A stretch of DNA of 64,000 nt from an uncultured Haloferula sp. (GTDB lineage Bacteria > Verrucomicrobiota > Verrucomicrobiia > Verrucomicrobiales > Akkermansiaceae): assembly GCA_965652295.1 (NCBI GenBank), contig CBFGTS010000020.1, positions 1 through 64,000 on the forward strand, in the 5' to 3' direction. Every line of letters starts with the position of its first letter. Position 1 is the first letter of the stretch. The notes beneath the pieces were generated by a model. The model worked only from the letters and a program-made list of their open reading frames with translations, ran no database searches and had not been told where the DNA came from. The position numbers and the translations under genes were made by a program. Below, piece after piece: positions 7,784 through 17,945 of this stretch.

Positions 7784-9427
7784 ATGAGATGCGCCCTTTT
7801 CTGCTTTGTTTCGTGGATTCTGCCGATCGCTGCGCTGGTGGCGGAGGATGCCAAGCGGCCGAACATCCTTTTCGTCTTCGCGGATGACTGGGGCCGTCAT
7901 GCGGGGGCCTACGCGGCGGTGGATGGGCCCGGCTCGATCAACGACGCGGTGCGAACGCCGAACTTCGACCGCCTCGCCGATGAGGGCGTGTTGTTCAGGA
8001 GCGCCTTCGTGTCCGCCCCGAGCTGCACGCCCTCGCGGAGTGCGATCGTCTCCGGGCAGCATTTCTGGCGGACCGGCCGGGCTTCCATCCTCCGCGGGGC
8101 GGTGTGGGACGGGTCACTGCCTTCCTATCCGCTCCTGCTGCGCGACGCCGGCTATCACATCGGGAAGATGTACAAAGTCTGGAGTCCGGGCGCTCCCACG
8201 GATGCTCCTCATGGCGGGAAGCGGCATGCCTACGAGGCATCCGGGACCCGGTTCAACCAGTTCTCTCAAACCGTCGCCCGTCGCCCCGGAGGCACCTCAC
8301 CTGAGGATGCGAAACGGAAGCTCTATGCCGAGGTGCGGGCGAACTTCGACGCCTTCCTTGCGGATCGGCAGGAAGGGCAGCCGTTTTGTTTTTGGTTCGG
8401 CCCCACCAACGTTCACCGCCCGTGGGTCAAGGGCTCGGGGCGGTCCTTGTGGGGCCTGGATCCCGATTCCTTGAAAGGGAAGCTGCCGCCGTTCCTGCCC
8501 GACGTTCCCGAGGTGCGCGAGGACCTTGCCGACTATCTAGGCGAGGTGATGGCCTTCGATGCGGCGCTCGGCGTGCTGACGGACCGACTGGAAGAGCTGG
8601 GCGAGCTGGACAACACGGTGGTGGTGGTGAGCGGCGACCACGGAGCCGCGGGATTCCCGTTCGGAAAATGCAATCTCCACGACTTCGGTTCGAGTGTCGC
8701 CCTTGCCATTCGCTGGGGAGACGCGCGTGGTGGTCGGGTCGTCGATGACCTCGTCAGCCTGACCGATCTTGCCCCGACCTTTTTGGAACTGGCGGGGGCA
8801 CCGGTGCCGGAATCGATGACCGGACGAAGCCTGGCGCCGCTGCTTGTGTCAGACCGCTCCGGCCAGGTCGATGAGGCCCGCGATGCCGTATTCATCGGGC
8901 GGGAACGGCATGTGGAGAACGCGCGCGAGGGCTATCTGCCCTACCCGCAACGCGCCATCCGGACCGCGGAGCATCTCCTGATCGTCAATTTCAAGCCCGA
9001 CCGCTGGCCCATGGGCGAGCCCTACCGGCTCGACGGCCCCCATCCGCCCACGTCGACCGAGATCGCCTCCAACACGCGCGTCACCCTGCCCGACGACGAT
9101 GCCAGCCCGACCAAGGCTTGGCTGGTGTCCCATCGGCACGACCCGAAGTGGGGACCGTATTTCGAGCGCGCTTATGGCAAGCGTCCGCGGGTGGAACTCT
9201 ATGAGCTGGCGAGTGATCCCCACCAGATCCGCAACATCGCCCGGGAGCCCGCCCATGCGGAAACCGCGGCGCGCCTGGAGAAACGCCTGATGGACGAGCT
9301 GATCCGCACCGGAGATCCGAGGGTCAGGAACGACGGCCGCTTCTTCGAAACTCCGCCCATGGCCGGCCCGACCGGAGAAGCGGGATCGCTCAGTCCCGCG
9401 GAGCTTCGGGGCGGCCCCGGGGAGTGA
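7784..9427 (+). CDS. Formylglycine-dependent sulfatase (S1)
   Basis: RPNILFVFADDWG, SCTPSRSAIVSG (CxPxR), SGDHG, ELYELASDPHQ; signal peptide. Confidence 0.95.
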   Translation: MRCALFCFVSWILPIAALVAEDAKRPNILFVFADDWGRHAGAYAAVDGPGSINDAVRTPNFDRLADEGVLFRSAFVSAPSCTPSRSAIVSGQHFWRTGRASILRGAVWDGSLPSYPLLLRDAGYHIGKMYKVWSPGAPTDAPHGGKRHAYEASGTRFNQFSQTVARRPGGTSPEDAKRKLYAEVRANFDAFLADRQEGQPFCFWFGPTNVHRPWVKGSGRSLWGLDPDSLKGKLPPFLPDVPEVREDLADYLGEVMAFDAALGVLTDRLEELGELDNTVVVVSGDHGAAGFPFGKCNLHDFGSSVALAIRWGDARGGRVVDDLVSLTDLAPTFLELAGAPVPESMTGRSLAPLLVSDRSGQVDEARDAVFIGRERHVENAREGYLPYPQRAIRTAEHLLIVNFKPDRWPMGEPYRLDGPHPPTSTEIASNTRVTLPDDDASPTKAWLVSHRHDPKWGPYFERAYGKRPRVELYELASDPHQIRNIAREPAHAETAARLEKRLMDELIRTGDPRVRNDGRFFETPPMAGPTGEAGSLSPAELRGGPGE

Positions 9428-9433
9428 GCGGGA
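9410..9433 (+). repeat. 24-bp direct repeat copy 1 (spans the sulfatase stop)
   Basis: GGCGGCCCCGGGGAGTGAGCGGGA, identical at 12464-12487. Confidence 0.9.
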
Positions 9434-9592
9434 GGAACGGAGAATGCCGGTAACAAACTGGCCGACAAGATGGGGCATGACTCTATTCGGGTGGGCTCGT
9501 CATTCAGGAAAAAAGAAAAAGATGCCAAGCCTACTTTGGTCCGGCGGGCTTTGCCACCACGACAGGTCCATGCTCTGCTGGGGACGCTTTCG

Positions 9593-10621
9593 ATGAGCAG
9601 CCCCGGCCCAACAGTAAAGAAGCGCAGGCGTATCTGGAAACCGCTGCTGAGCGGCATCGTGGTGATCGTCACCTTCGCCTATTTCAACAATGCCTCATGG
9701 CTCGCCAGCCGGCCGGTAGGGAGACCTTTCCTCCTCGCACACCGCGGCGTATCCCAGACTTTCGAGTTCACCGGAATCCGCGGAGACACCGACACCTCGA
9801 AGCGGATTCATCCGCCCGCCCATCCCTATCTTGAAAACACCATCGCTTCGATGGAAGCGGCATTCCGCTGCGGTGCGGACATGGTGGAATTCGACATCCA
9901 GCCGACCACCGACGGCCATTTCGCGGTCTTTCATGACTGGATCCTCGACTTCCGCACCGATGGCAAAGGGGTGACCCGCGAGCACACGCTAGCGGAACTT
10001 CAGCGACTCGACATCGGCCACGGCTACTCGGCGGACGGGGGCAAGAGCTTCCCTTTCCGGGGCAAGGGCGTCGGCCTCATGCCGTCGCTGGATGAAGTGC
10101 TGGCGAAGTTCCCCGACCGGATGTTCCTGATCAACATCAAGAGCGACGACCCCGAGGAGGGCCGCAAGCTCGCGGAGGTGTTGCGGCGCTTGCCCGCCTC
10201 GCGCCGGGCGGAGCTTTCCGCGTATGGAGGGGATTTGCCGATGGCCTCGCTGAAGGCGGAGCTCCCGGATCTCCGAGTGATGTCGAAGGCGACCTTGAAG
10301 AAGGGTCTGGTTTCCTATGTCGTTGTCGGCTGGACCGGCTACGTTCCGGAAGGCTGCAGGAATGCTCAGATCCATGTGCCCGAGAAGTATGCGCCGCTCC
10401 TGTGGGGCTGGCCGGACCGCTTCCTGAACCGGATGGAAAGGGCCGGCTCGCGCGTCATCCTCGTCGCGGGAGACGGTGATTTTTCCAAGGGTTTCGACGA
10501 GGTCGCGGATCTGCAGCGCTTGCCCGCGGGCTACACGGGCGGGATCTGGACCAACCGGGTCGACCGCATCGGTCCGCTCGTGAAGCCGACCAGTCCCGGC
10601 CTTGGAAAGAGAGAACGTTGA
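9593..10621 (+). CDS. Glycerophosphodiester phosphodiesterase family protein
   Basis: LLAHRG, ENTIAS, VEFDIQPTTDG, VFHD, INIK, GIWTN; N-terminal TM helix. Confidence 0.92.
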   Translation: MSSPGPTVKKRRRIWKPLLSGIVVIVTFAYFNNASWLASRPVGRPFLLAHRGVSQTFEFTGIRGDTDTSKRIHPPAHPYLENTIASMEAAFRCGADMVEFDIQPTTDGHFAVFHDWILDFRTDGKGVTREHTLAELQRLDIGHGYSADGGKSFPFRGKGVGLMPSLDEVLAKFPDRMFLINIKSDDPEEGRKLAEVLRRLPASRRAELSAYGGDLPMASLKAELPDLRVMSKATLKKGLVSYVVVGWTGYVPEGCRNAQIHVPEKYAPLLWGWPDRFLNRMERAGSRVILVAGDGDFSKGFDEVADLQRLPAGYTGGIWTNRVDRIGPLVKPTSPGLGKRER

Positions 10622-10673
10622 GAGGTGAGACGAAACGACACATCGGTGGCGACCTGGGTCCAACGTTTGGGCC

Positions 10674-11309
10674 TTATTCCCCGGCATCGAGGACTTCGAG
10701 AAGCTCCTTCAACCGCTGCCGGCGCGGGAGCAGTTCACGGAGGGCCGTGCGGCGGGAATTGTCCACGACGACCACGGTTGATCCCACGATGAAGAGGATG
10801 ATCCCGATGTGGAATGCGCCGAAAGGCTCGTTGTTGATCTGGATGATGAGCCAGTAGAGCAAACAAGCGGCGAGCGTGATGGGGACCACGGACACCAACG
10901 TTCCTTCCCACCGTCCGGTCAGTGACAGTTGGTAGTCGATCAACGACAGGTTGCGCCTGATTTCCTCGCGCAGCGAATTGCCGAACCCACGTTCGCGCAT
11001 GGCTTGGCGTTTGCGGCTCACCCAGAGCGAGCTGGCTCCGATCAGGATCGCGAGTGTACCCAAACCCGCCGCCACGTAGTCCCACGCCGTGCGCGGATCG
11101 TCGTCGAAGTAGATCGCGGGAAAGAAGAGGATGAGCAGCGCCAGCATGAAGGCACTCGTCCCATAGAAGGTCCAGTTTTCCAGCCGCAGCTGGCGGCGGA
11201 TGTCCGCCTGCTCATGCTGGATGACGAGCTGGAGGAGATCCCGGTTGATGCCGTAGAGCGGCGTCTCGTTCTGAGCGCGCCAAGTGGTGATCATTTCATC
11301 GAGGTTCAT
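10674..11309 (-). CDS. Four-TM membrane protein, probable anti-sigma partner
   Basis: MNLDEMITTW N-terminus, four hydrophobic segments, overlaps the ECF sigma 3' end. Confidence 0.75.
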   Translation of the reverse strand: MNLDEMITTWRAQNETPLYGINRDLLQLVIQHEQADIRRQLRLENWTFYGTSAFMLALLILFFPAIYFDDDPRTAWDYVAAGLGTLAILIGASSLWVSRKRQAMRERGFGNSLREEIRRNLSLIDYQLSLTGRWEGTLVSVVPITLAACLLYWLIIQINNEPFGAFHIGIILFIVGSTVVVVDNSRRTALRELLPRRQRLKELLEVLDAGE

Positions 11310-11808
11310 GGTACGACTCCTTTGCGAGTTTGTCGGCCAGCGCCGATTTGATGCGATTGATCTTCACGCCGACGTTGCTTTCGGTGAGACCGAGGATCCG
11401 GGCCATCTCGCGATAGCTGAAACCGTCGAGCATCAGCAGGGCGAGCGAGCGGTTGCCTTCGTCGAGTTCCGAGATTCTCTGGTAGATCCAATCCAGGCGG
11501 GGGTCCCGGGTGGCAGGAGCGGTGAGGAGGGGGCTGACCGATTCGAAATCCTGCCGATCCCGGTGGTGTTTCCGTTCTCGCCGGTTCCAGGCAAGTGCCG
11601 TGTTCAACGCCACCCGATAGATCCAGGTGGCGGGGGCCGAGTCGCCGCGGAAGGCGGGCACGGAACGCCAGATCTGCAGAACGATTTCCTGGAAGAGATC
11701 CTCGCGATCCACATGGGTGGATCCGTAGGCGCGCGTGACCTTGAACACGATCGCCTGGTGCGCCTCGATCCATTCCCTGAAGATTTCATTCCGTTGGGCA
11801 TCGTGCAT
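11296..11808 (-). CDS. ECF sigma-70 factor
   Basis: DREDLFQEI, WIYRVALN, GFSYREMARILG, NVGVKINRIK. Confidence 0.93.
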   Translation of the reverse strand: MHDAQRNEIFREWIEAHQAIVFKVTRAYGSTHVDREDLFQEIVLQIWRSVPAFRGDSAPATWIYRVALNTALAWNRRERKHHRDRQDFESVSPLLTAPATRDPRLDWIYQRISELDEGNRSLALLMLDGFSYREMARILGLTESNVGVKINRIKSALADKLAKESYHEPR

Positions 11809-11921
11809 ATCGACCTTTACCCAGTTAGTAGCAGGTCGGCCTGGATTTCTTACGCTGGATGGAGGCGAAACCGAGGGGGGCTGTGAAATGGGGCTGTCGG
11901 CGGGGTCGTTCACCGGGTTCC

Positions 11922-11959
11922 AAAAAGAAAGCGGTGGTGACCCTCAGGGCCACTACCGC
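11922..11959 (-). terminator. Probable intrinsic terminator
   Basis: Hairpin GCGGTGGTGACCCT-C-AGGGCCACTACCGC followed on the minus strand by TTTCTTTTT. Confidence 0.55.
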
Positions 11960-11996
11960 CTTGGAAGAGGGAGGCCAACTCAGCTGACTCCCGGTT

Positions 11997-12469
11997 TCAC
12001 TTCGAGCCTCCCTGCGGAGTGGGGCGGCGGACGATGCGGAGTTTGCCGCTATTACCCCCGCCGCAGAAGAAGCGGTCCCGACCGTCGGACTCGAGGCCGG
12101 AAACTCCGACATCGGGCGGCATGACGAGGCTTTCCAGCACCTCACCCGTGTGAGGATCGACCCGGCGCAGCTCGCTGGGGACGTTGTCCTCCCATGTCCC
12201 GTGCCAGAGATCTCCCTCGACCCAGGTCACTCCGGTGACGAATCGGTCGGAAGAGATGGTCCGGAGGATTGCTCCCGTTTTGGGATCGAGTTGAAGGATC
12301 TTTCCGGCCTCCGCCTGGCCGATCCAGAGGCTTCCCTCGGCCCAGGCGAGGCCGGAGTTGTCGTCCGCGCTCGGTGCCGGAATGCTGCCAAGCACTTCGC
12401 CGCTTTCGGGATCGATTTTTTGAATCACTCCGTCGCGATCTGATAGAGATGACGGCCGTCGAAGGCGGC
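11997..12469 (-). pseudogene. 5'-truncated, frameshifted glutamine-cyclotransferase-like beta-propeller gene
   Basis: AFDGRHLYQIA in one frame shifts near 12435 to DGVIQKIDP...SGLAWAEG...FVTGVTW...SGLESDG; N-terminus replaced by the 24-bp repeat. Confidence 0.75.
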
Positions 12470-12487
12470 CCCGGGGAGTGAGCGGGA
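12464..12487 (+). repeat. 24-bp direct repeat copy 2
   Basis: Identical to 9410-9433; followed by GCCGCCAAGATGGGAGCA, similar to GCCGACAAGATGGGGCA at 9461. Confidence 0.9.
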
Positions 12488-12539
12488 TGAGCCGCCAAGA
12501 TGGGAGCAACATCGACTAACTACTGTTAGTAAGGGTTCC

Positions 12540-13265
12540 TCAGAAGAGCCCGAGGAACTTCTGCGGCGTTTCCGCGATCCGTTTCATCTCCTTTTTGTAG
12601 GCGTCGGGCACGTTCGACCTCCGGATCGACGAGCGGCGGATCGACGGGTAATAGTTCGAAATCCTGGAGGCATCCGTTTGATATTCATCGGTGATGATCA
12701 CGAAAGCAGCTCCTGGAACCCTCAGGCCGATGAGGTTCTTGCCGTAGATGGACACCGGCTGGATGCGGCCCACATAAGTGGCTTCGCCGGGCCTCACTTG
12801 GAACGGAACGTCCATCGGCAGCCGGTTTGAAAAAGTGACGCCAGCGGTGATCGCATAGTCCTGGATGGTCCAGTTGGTGATAGAATAGTTTCCAGCTGGA
12901 ACCGGGACGGCGACCACCTGGCTGTCAGTTCCACCGCCGATCATCAGGGGATGGCGGTTCACCGGCATCACCATCGGCATCAGCGCGGCCGATGGCCCCG
13001 AATCTTCTCCTTTGACTCCCACGATGGCCCGCCCGGAGCCGTCCACGGTTTCCCCATCGCGATTGAACGATTTGGCCGAGAAGGTCGCTACGATCCACCC
13101 TTCACCCGGTTTCAGATTCGCCGCTGCCTCCGGTGTCAGGGGGTAGCGCACGTTGGCACAGGAGGAAAAGCCGATCGCCATCGCCACGGCCGACAGGGCG
13201 ACCATGAGTCGGCTGGCTTTCGAGTGAAGGACCGGCGGCAGGAGGGGCAGAGCAGGCATCGGCAA
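12540..13265 (-). CDS. Hypothetical lipoprotein
   Basis: Lipobox-like FSSC after a hydrophobic stretch; VPAGNY and PGEATYVG motifs; start uncertain. Confidence 0.7.
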   Translation of the reverse strand: MPMPALPLLPPVLHSKASRLMVALSAVAMAIGFSSCANVRYPLTPEAAANLKPGEGWIVATFSAKSFNRDGETVDGSGRAIVGVKGEDSGPSAALMPMVMPVNRHPLMIGGGTDSQVVAVPVPAGNYSITNWTIQDYAITAGVTFSNRLPMDVPFQVRPGEATYVGRIQPVSIYGKNLIGLRVPGAAFVIITDEYQTDASRISNYYPSIRRSSIRRSNVPDAYKKEMKRIAETPQKFLGLF

Positions 13266-13493
13266 GAGGTTAGAAAGGCTGATTATCGGGTGTCACGGCG
13301 AAATCCAAAACTCACCGCTGGAAATCTTTCCACTCTAACACAGGCTATTCGCCGTTCCAAGGTCGCGCTGGATCTGCCTCGACGATGTGGATCACAGGAT
13401 CCGTTGCGACGGTGGGTACGGGATGCTTTCAGGTGCCGGAGGTGCCCCGCCTGGAGATTGACAGGGGGAGAGCACTCGGTTGGTCTTCACGCG

Positions 13494-14228
13494 ATGCGCA
13501 TCCTGTCCGTCCTTGTCGTCCCGCTCCTCGCCCTAACGTTGAATTCTTGTGTTGGGATGCTCAATCCGGCCGGGCTGGTCGAGAAGGGTAAAACCTGCGT
13601 GGTCGCCACGGAGGTCCGTAATGAGGCGGATTTCCACCATGTCGGCTTCACGGTTTTCACCAGCCGGACCAAGACCTTTGAAGTTCCGGGTCTGAGAGAG
13701 ATGACCTATCGAGTGATCAAGGAAGAGCTTGGTTCGGCGTATCGGATCATCGGTCAAGAGACGATGCCCGACCACGGCTCGGTTCCCGTTTTCAAAAGGG
13801 CGGCCGCGTATCAGGAGAAGATCCGTGAGATCGCCGCCAGGAGAAACGCCGATCTGGTCATCCAGTTGGGCACGTTTTCCTACTATCCCTATGGGGTGCC
13901 GAGTGGAATGAGGAGCGATGGTTTCGGTTACTACGGGGGAAGCCGAGGAACGGCCGTGGGATACTGCTCGCTGAGCATCCACGACGGAAAGACCGGCAAG
14001 CTGATCAAGACCTATCTTGGCGGCGAACAGTGGAGGATGTCGGAGATTTTCGATGCGGACTATCGTTCGAAATGGAATACCGACGGCTCACGCAAGGTGT
14101 CGCTGGAGGGGGAGCTGGGTGCCGGAGGTTTCGCGTCGTTGAGCGCCGCTGACAAGCAGACCCTCATGAGGGCCTTCGAAGATCTCTTCCGGCGGAGAGT
14201 CCGCGGAATGAAGAAGTCGGGCGAGTGA
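13494..14228 (+). CDS. Hypothetical lipoprotein
   Basis: MRILSVLVVPLLALTLNSC signal/lipobox; start re-assigned within ORF 12951..14228. Confidence 0.72.
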   Translation: MRILSVLVVPLLALTLNSCVGMLNPAGLVEKGKTCVVATEVRNEADFHHVGFTVFTSRTKTFEVPGLREMTYRVIKEELGSAYRIIGQETMPDHGSVPVFKRAAAYQEKIREIAARRNADLVIQLGTFSYYPYGVPSGMRSDGFGYYGGSRGTAVGYCSLSIHDGKTGKLIKTYLGGEQWRMSEIFDADYRSKWNTDGSRKVSLEGELGAGGFASLSAADKQTLMRAFEDLFRRRVRGMKKSGE

Positions 14229-14630
14229 CGGCCCGCGCCTGGAGTGATCGGTGCGGTATACAGTAGGACGGCCGTGCTGTGAATCGACTAGGATTCAAGC
14301 AATTCGATGGAACCAACGCGACAGAGAATCTTGACCCGGTCGAAGAGTCCGGTCTGCCGGCGGGGCATGTTGCCTCCATGATTCTGCACGTGGTGTCGGG
14401 GGGGGCGCTGAAAGCGGCTCGGAGGCTTGTTCCGGCCACGGATGATCCGGAACGAGGGGGGCATCTCGATCCTCTACGTCGATAGGGGCTCACCTGAGGT
14501 CGGAAATCAGGTAATGCCTTCAGAGGATCTTTGCTGCATCCGATAATGGGTGAAATGTTGCGATGTCTGATAGTCCGCATGATTTGATTTCTCTTGAGCC
14601 GCAAACGCGAGGTTGTCAGTTTCTCGGTCC

Positions 14631-15194
14631 ATGAAAGCATTCGTCTCGCTGTTCAGCTTCGCCCTACTGACCGCCGCGGCTCCGGCTGCACTGACTCTTT
14701 CGATTCAGGAGGTCGGTGCCGACGTCGTCATCAACGTGAGCGGTAATCTGGATCTCACCGGCGCCACCTTGACCAATGAGACCAGCAGTGTCTTTTCGGT
14801 GTATGTGAATCCGACGAGTAGCGCGGTGACCACCCAGTCCGGCAACGCGGACAACTACGCCACGATCGACGTCTTCGACGTCGTGCCGGACTCGCTGGGA
14901 ACGGGCGGGTTCACCGGCGGAGGCTCCGGGTCCGGCGATGTCTTCTCCGTCACCGAATTCAGCCTCTTCCTTCCCGACGGCTATGTCTCAGGAAACGCCT
15001 TGAGCGGATCGTCCACTTTCTCGAACGCCACGCTGGCTTCCCTCGGTTTTACCGTGGGTGACTATCAGTGGGTGCTGAAAAGCGGCGACACCATCGACGC
15101 GACGGTCGCGGTCCCCGAACCGTCGGTTTTCGTCCTCGGACTCGCCACGCTGGCTGGTTGCACCGCCGGTCGTCGCCGTCGGCCCCTGGCTTGA
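14631..15194 (+). CDS. PEP-CTERM sorting-domain protein
   Basis: Signal peptide; C-terminal VPEPS, TM helix, RRRR. Confidence 0.9.
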   Translation: MKAFVSLFSFALLTAAAPAALTLSIQEVGADVVINVSGNLDLTGATLTNETSSVFSVYVNPTSSAVTTQSGNADNYATIDVFDVVPDSLGTGGFTGGGSGSGDVFSVTEFSLFLPDGYVSGNALSGSSTFSNATLASLGFTVGDYQWVLKSGDTIDATVAVPEPSVFVLGLATLAGCTAGRRRRPLA

Positions 15195-15412
15195 TTCCGA
15201 CGGGTTTTTCATCCGGACGGGTCGAGCAACGTTCGCGATTGGATTTCTGAGGTGAGGGAGCCCTGATTTTGCTGCGGTTGGGGTCGCCGACCAAGAATGG
15301 GCGTTCCTTCCGAAATGATGAATGACCTTCGACGATTCTGCTACGAGGCATCCCGGGCCCTCGGTGTTGTTCTGGTCCCTCGATCACGGCTGAATCGTGC
15401 TACCTCGAGCAT

Positions 15413-15650
15413 TCCAACCTGCTGACCGACGCGAGTTTTGAGGGGATCCTGACCACAGATGGGGCTCCGTTCACGGCGAGCTGGGAGGGTTTTTCATGGA
15501 GCCCAAGTTCTTCGGATTTTGGCTCCACTTCGCCGAGGACAGGGGGGCAAGCGCTGGAAATGACGATTCCGGGGGAGGTCAACTCCGTTGCGAGGGGCAT
15601 TCCAGGATGTTGTGTTCGGCTCCGCCTACGCGGGATTGATGGCGTGGAGA
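15413..15650 (+). pseudogene. Possible decayed secreted carbohydrate-binding-like gene fragment
   Basis: SNLLTDASFEG..GAPFTASWEGFS..PRTGGQALEMTIPGEVNSVA then frameshift to GAFQDVV; no start codon. Confidence 0.35.
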
Positions 15651-15857
15651 GAATCGGCGACGAGTGCTTGGAGGAGGGTCCGGTGGATCAAATGGTTGTT
15701 CCGGGCCGGCGGGAAGTCGCATGAATTCCGAATGGGTTGCTCTTGGGAGCTTGAATCCAGGGGCCGACATTGCCTGAACGCTGCGTGCAAAAAATGCCCG
15801 AAGCACGTGAGGGCGGTCGGGTGGACAGGTCCGGGAAACGGCGTGAGGGTGGCAGCT

Positions 15858-16520
15858 ATGAAAACGAGAAACGTCGCCACTCCGTGGATAGCTGCGGTGG
15901 CAGGGTTCGCTCTACTAACCTTGGGGATCGAGGCGAAGCCGGGGAAGGGGAACGACAAGGGGGGAGGACCGCCGGCCCAAGCCGGGAAGGGGAACCCAGG
16001 GAAAGGGGGAAAGCCCGACAAGGGCAATTCGGGGCGGCCGGCACAGGCGGGTGGCGGGAAAAAGGATTCCGGGCCTCCGGCTCACGCGGGTGGTGGCAAG
16101 AAGGACTCGCCATCGGCGAAACCGAACGTTCAGAACAAGAAGGCGGCGCGGGCTCAGGCGGATTGGAACGACGACCGGCGGCATCGCGCCCGCTTCGTGG
16201 ACCGCGACCGAACGCGGATACTCAACTACTTCGAGGGCTACCGCGATCGGGAGCACGGCCTGCCGCCGGGGCTCGCCAAGAACCTCGCTCGTGGAAAACC
16301 CCTGCCGCCGGGCTGGCGGAAGAAGCTGGAGCCGGGAGTGGTGATCGCCGATGACTGGTGGGACCGCTTGGTGCCGCTGTCCTATTCTCTGTTTCCCGAG
16401 ATCGATCCCATCGCCGACACCGGACTCTATTGGTATGGGGACCGCGTCTATCGGGTCTACGAGCCGCGGCGGGAAATCATCGATGTGGTGCCGGTGCCAT
16501 CGATCCACATCGATCTCTGA
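15858..16520 (+). CDS. Secreted low-complexity protein with GLPPGLAK/LPPGW motif (RcnB-like C-terminus)
   Basis: Signal peptide, G/K/P-rich repeats, GLPPGLAKNLARGKPLPPGWRKK. Confidence 0.75.
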   Translation: MKTRNVATPWIAAVAGFALLTLGIEAKPGKGNDKGGGPPAQAGKGNPGKGGKPDKGNSGRPAQAGGGKKDSGPPAHAGGGKKDSPSAKPNVQNKKAARAQADWNDDRRHRARFVDRDRTRILNYFEGYRDREHGLPPGLAKNLARGKPLPPGWRKKLEPGVVIADDWWDRLVPLSYSLFPEIDPIADTGLYWYGDRVYRVYEPRREIIDVVPVPSIHIDL

Positions 16521-16702
16521 GGTTCGGGTGACGGAGTGGCGGCCTTGGCGTTTCCTCTTGCCGACTCCGGCATCACTCATTCGTCGACTTTCCCTTGGAT
16601 CTCCGCTTCTGGAAGCAGCGTTTCCGTCGGCAAATCCGGAAAACTGGACGAGTGCAAAAAGGAGGTGCCGGAGTGCCGGCACCTCCTTCTCTTCATCCAG
16701 GT

Positions 16703-17461
16703 TCAGCGGAATCCGCCGCTGATATAGAGGGTTTCGCCGGTGATCCAGGAGCTGTCCTCCGACGCGAAGAAGGCGACGGCGCTGGCGATGTCCTGCGGGA
16801 TTCCGATGCGGCCCAGCGGTGTGACGGCGATGGTTTCCTTCTGGAAATCGCTGCCTTCGATACCTGCGGCGACGGTGCCTTCGGTGGTGACCATGCCGGG
16901 ATTGATGGAGTTCACACGGATCCCGCGGGGCCCGAGTTCCTTGGCCAAACTACGGGTGGCGGCATCGACGGCGGCTTTGGTGCCGCCGTAGACCGCGCCT
17001 CCGGGAAGGCCGTGAGCGGCGGCGACCGAGCTGATGTTGATGACGCTGCCGCCTTCCGCGGGGAAGTGCCCGATGGCGGCCTGGGTGGTGAGGAGCAGGC
17101 CGAGGACGTTGATGTTGAACTGGCGGTGGAAGTGCTCCGGGGTGATCTCTTCAAGCGGCGCGAATTGATAGACGCCGGCGTTGTTGACGAGGATGTCGAT
17201 TTTTCCGAAGGCGTTGACGGTCTCCTCGACGAGACGGGTGATGTCATCCGGCTCGGCGACGCTGCCGTGGAGGGCGATGGCATGGCCACCCGCGGCTTGG
17301 ATCTCCGCGGCGACGCGCTCCGCTCCCTCCTTGTCCGAGGCATAGTTGACGACGACCGAGGCTCCCCGGGCGGCGAGTTCACGGGCGATGCCCGCGCCGA
17401 TTCCTTTGGAGGCTCCGGTGACGAGGGCGACTTTTCCGTGCAGTTGGTTTGTAGTGCTCAT
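16703..17461 (-). CDS. SDR oxidoreductase (glucose-1-dehydrogenase/FabG-like)
   Basis: TGASKGIG, NNAG, YGGTK, IRVNSINPG. Confidence 0.95.
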   Translation of the reverse strand: MSTTNQLHGKVALVTGASKGIGAGIARELAARGASVVVNYASDKEGAERVAAEIQAAGGHAIALHGSVAEPDDITRLVEETVNAFGKIDILVNNAGVYQFAPLEEITPEHFHRQFNINVLGLLLTTQAAIGHFPAEGGSVINISSVAAAHGLPGGAVYGGTKAAVDAATRSLAKELGPRGIRVNSINPGMVTTEGTVAAGIEGSDFQKETIAVTPLGRIGIPQDIASAVAFFASEDSSWITGETLYISGGFR

Positions 17462-17527
17462 GGTTGTTGCTGTTTGTGTATACGGTGAGAAAACAAGTAA
17501 CAATTAGGTTCAAAAAAAGGGGGAGGG

Positions 17528-17944
17528 TCAGGATTTGAGCCTGCGGATGATGCGCTCGAGATTGATTTCCGCGAGGGACGCCTCGAGTGCCTTCTGAGGC
17601 TTGCTGAGGGCGAGCTCGAGCGCGGCCTTGATATTGCAGCTGACGTAGCAGGCGTTCTGGGGCTCGTAGTTGTGGATGGTGAAGGCGGGAGGGGCTTCGA
17701 CCGCCCGGTAGATGTCGAGCAGGGTGATGTCCTTCGGTTTTCGCGCGAGGCGGCAGGATCCGCCTTTGCCTGTGGTGGTCTCGACCAGACCGGCCTTGGA
17801 AAGCTTGGCGAGGGTCCGGCGCAGGAAGCTGGGGCTGGTGTTGACGCTGAGGGCGAGCTGCGAGGAGGTGGCTTCCCGGTCCGGCTGGCAGCCCAGCCCG
17901 GCGAGAAGGTGGACGGCGATGGAGAATTGGGTGTTGGCCGCCAT
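17528..17944 (-). CDS. Rrf2-family transcriptional regulator
   Basis: NTQFSIAVHLL, SVNTSPSFLRR, GKGG..LARKPKDITLLDIYRAVE, C-terminal CYVSC. Confidence 0.93.
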   Translation of the reverse strand: MAANTQFSIAVHLLAGLGCQPDREATSSQLALSVNTSPSFLRRTLAKLSKAGLVETTTGKGGSCRLARKPKDITLLDIYRAVEAPPAFTIHNYEPQNACYVSCNIKAALELALSKPQKALEASLAEINLERIIRRLKS

Positions 17945-17945
17945 G

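Noticed and set aside
14228..14630. Small ORFs (14279..14485 and a minus-strand GGAGG-ATG peptide) and a weak dif-like GATAA-N6-AAATGTT at ~14540
   Set aside because: No recognisable family; the XerD arm match is too poor
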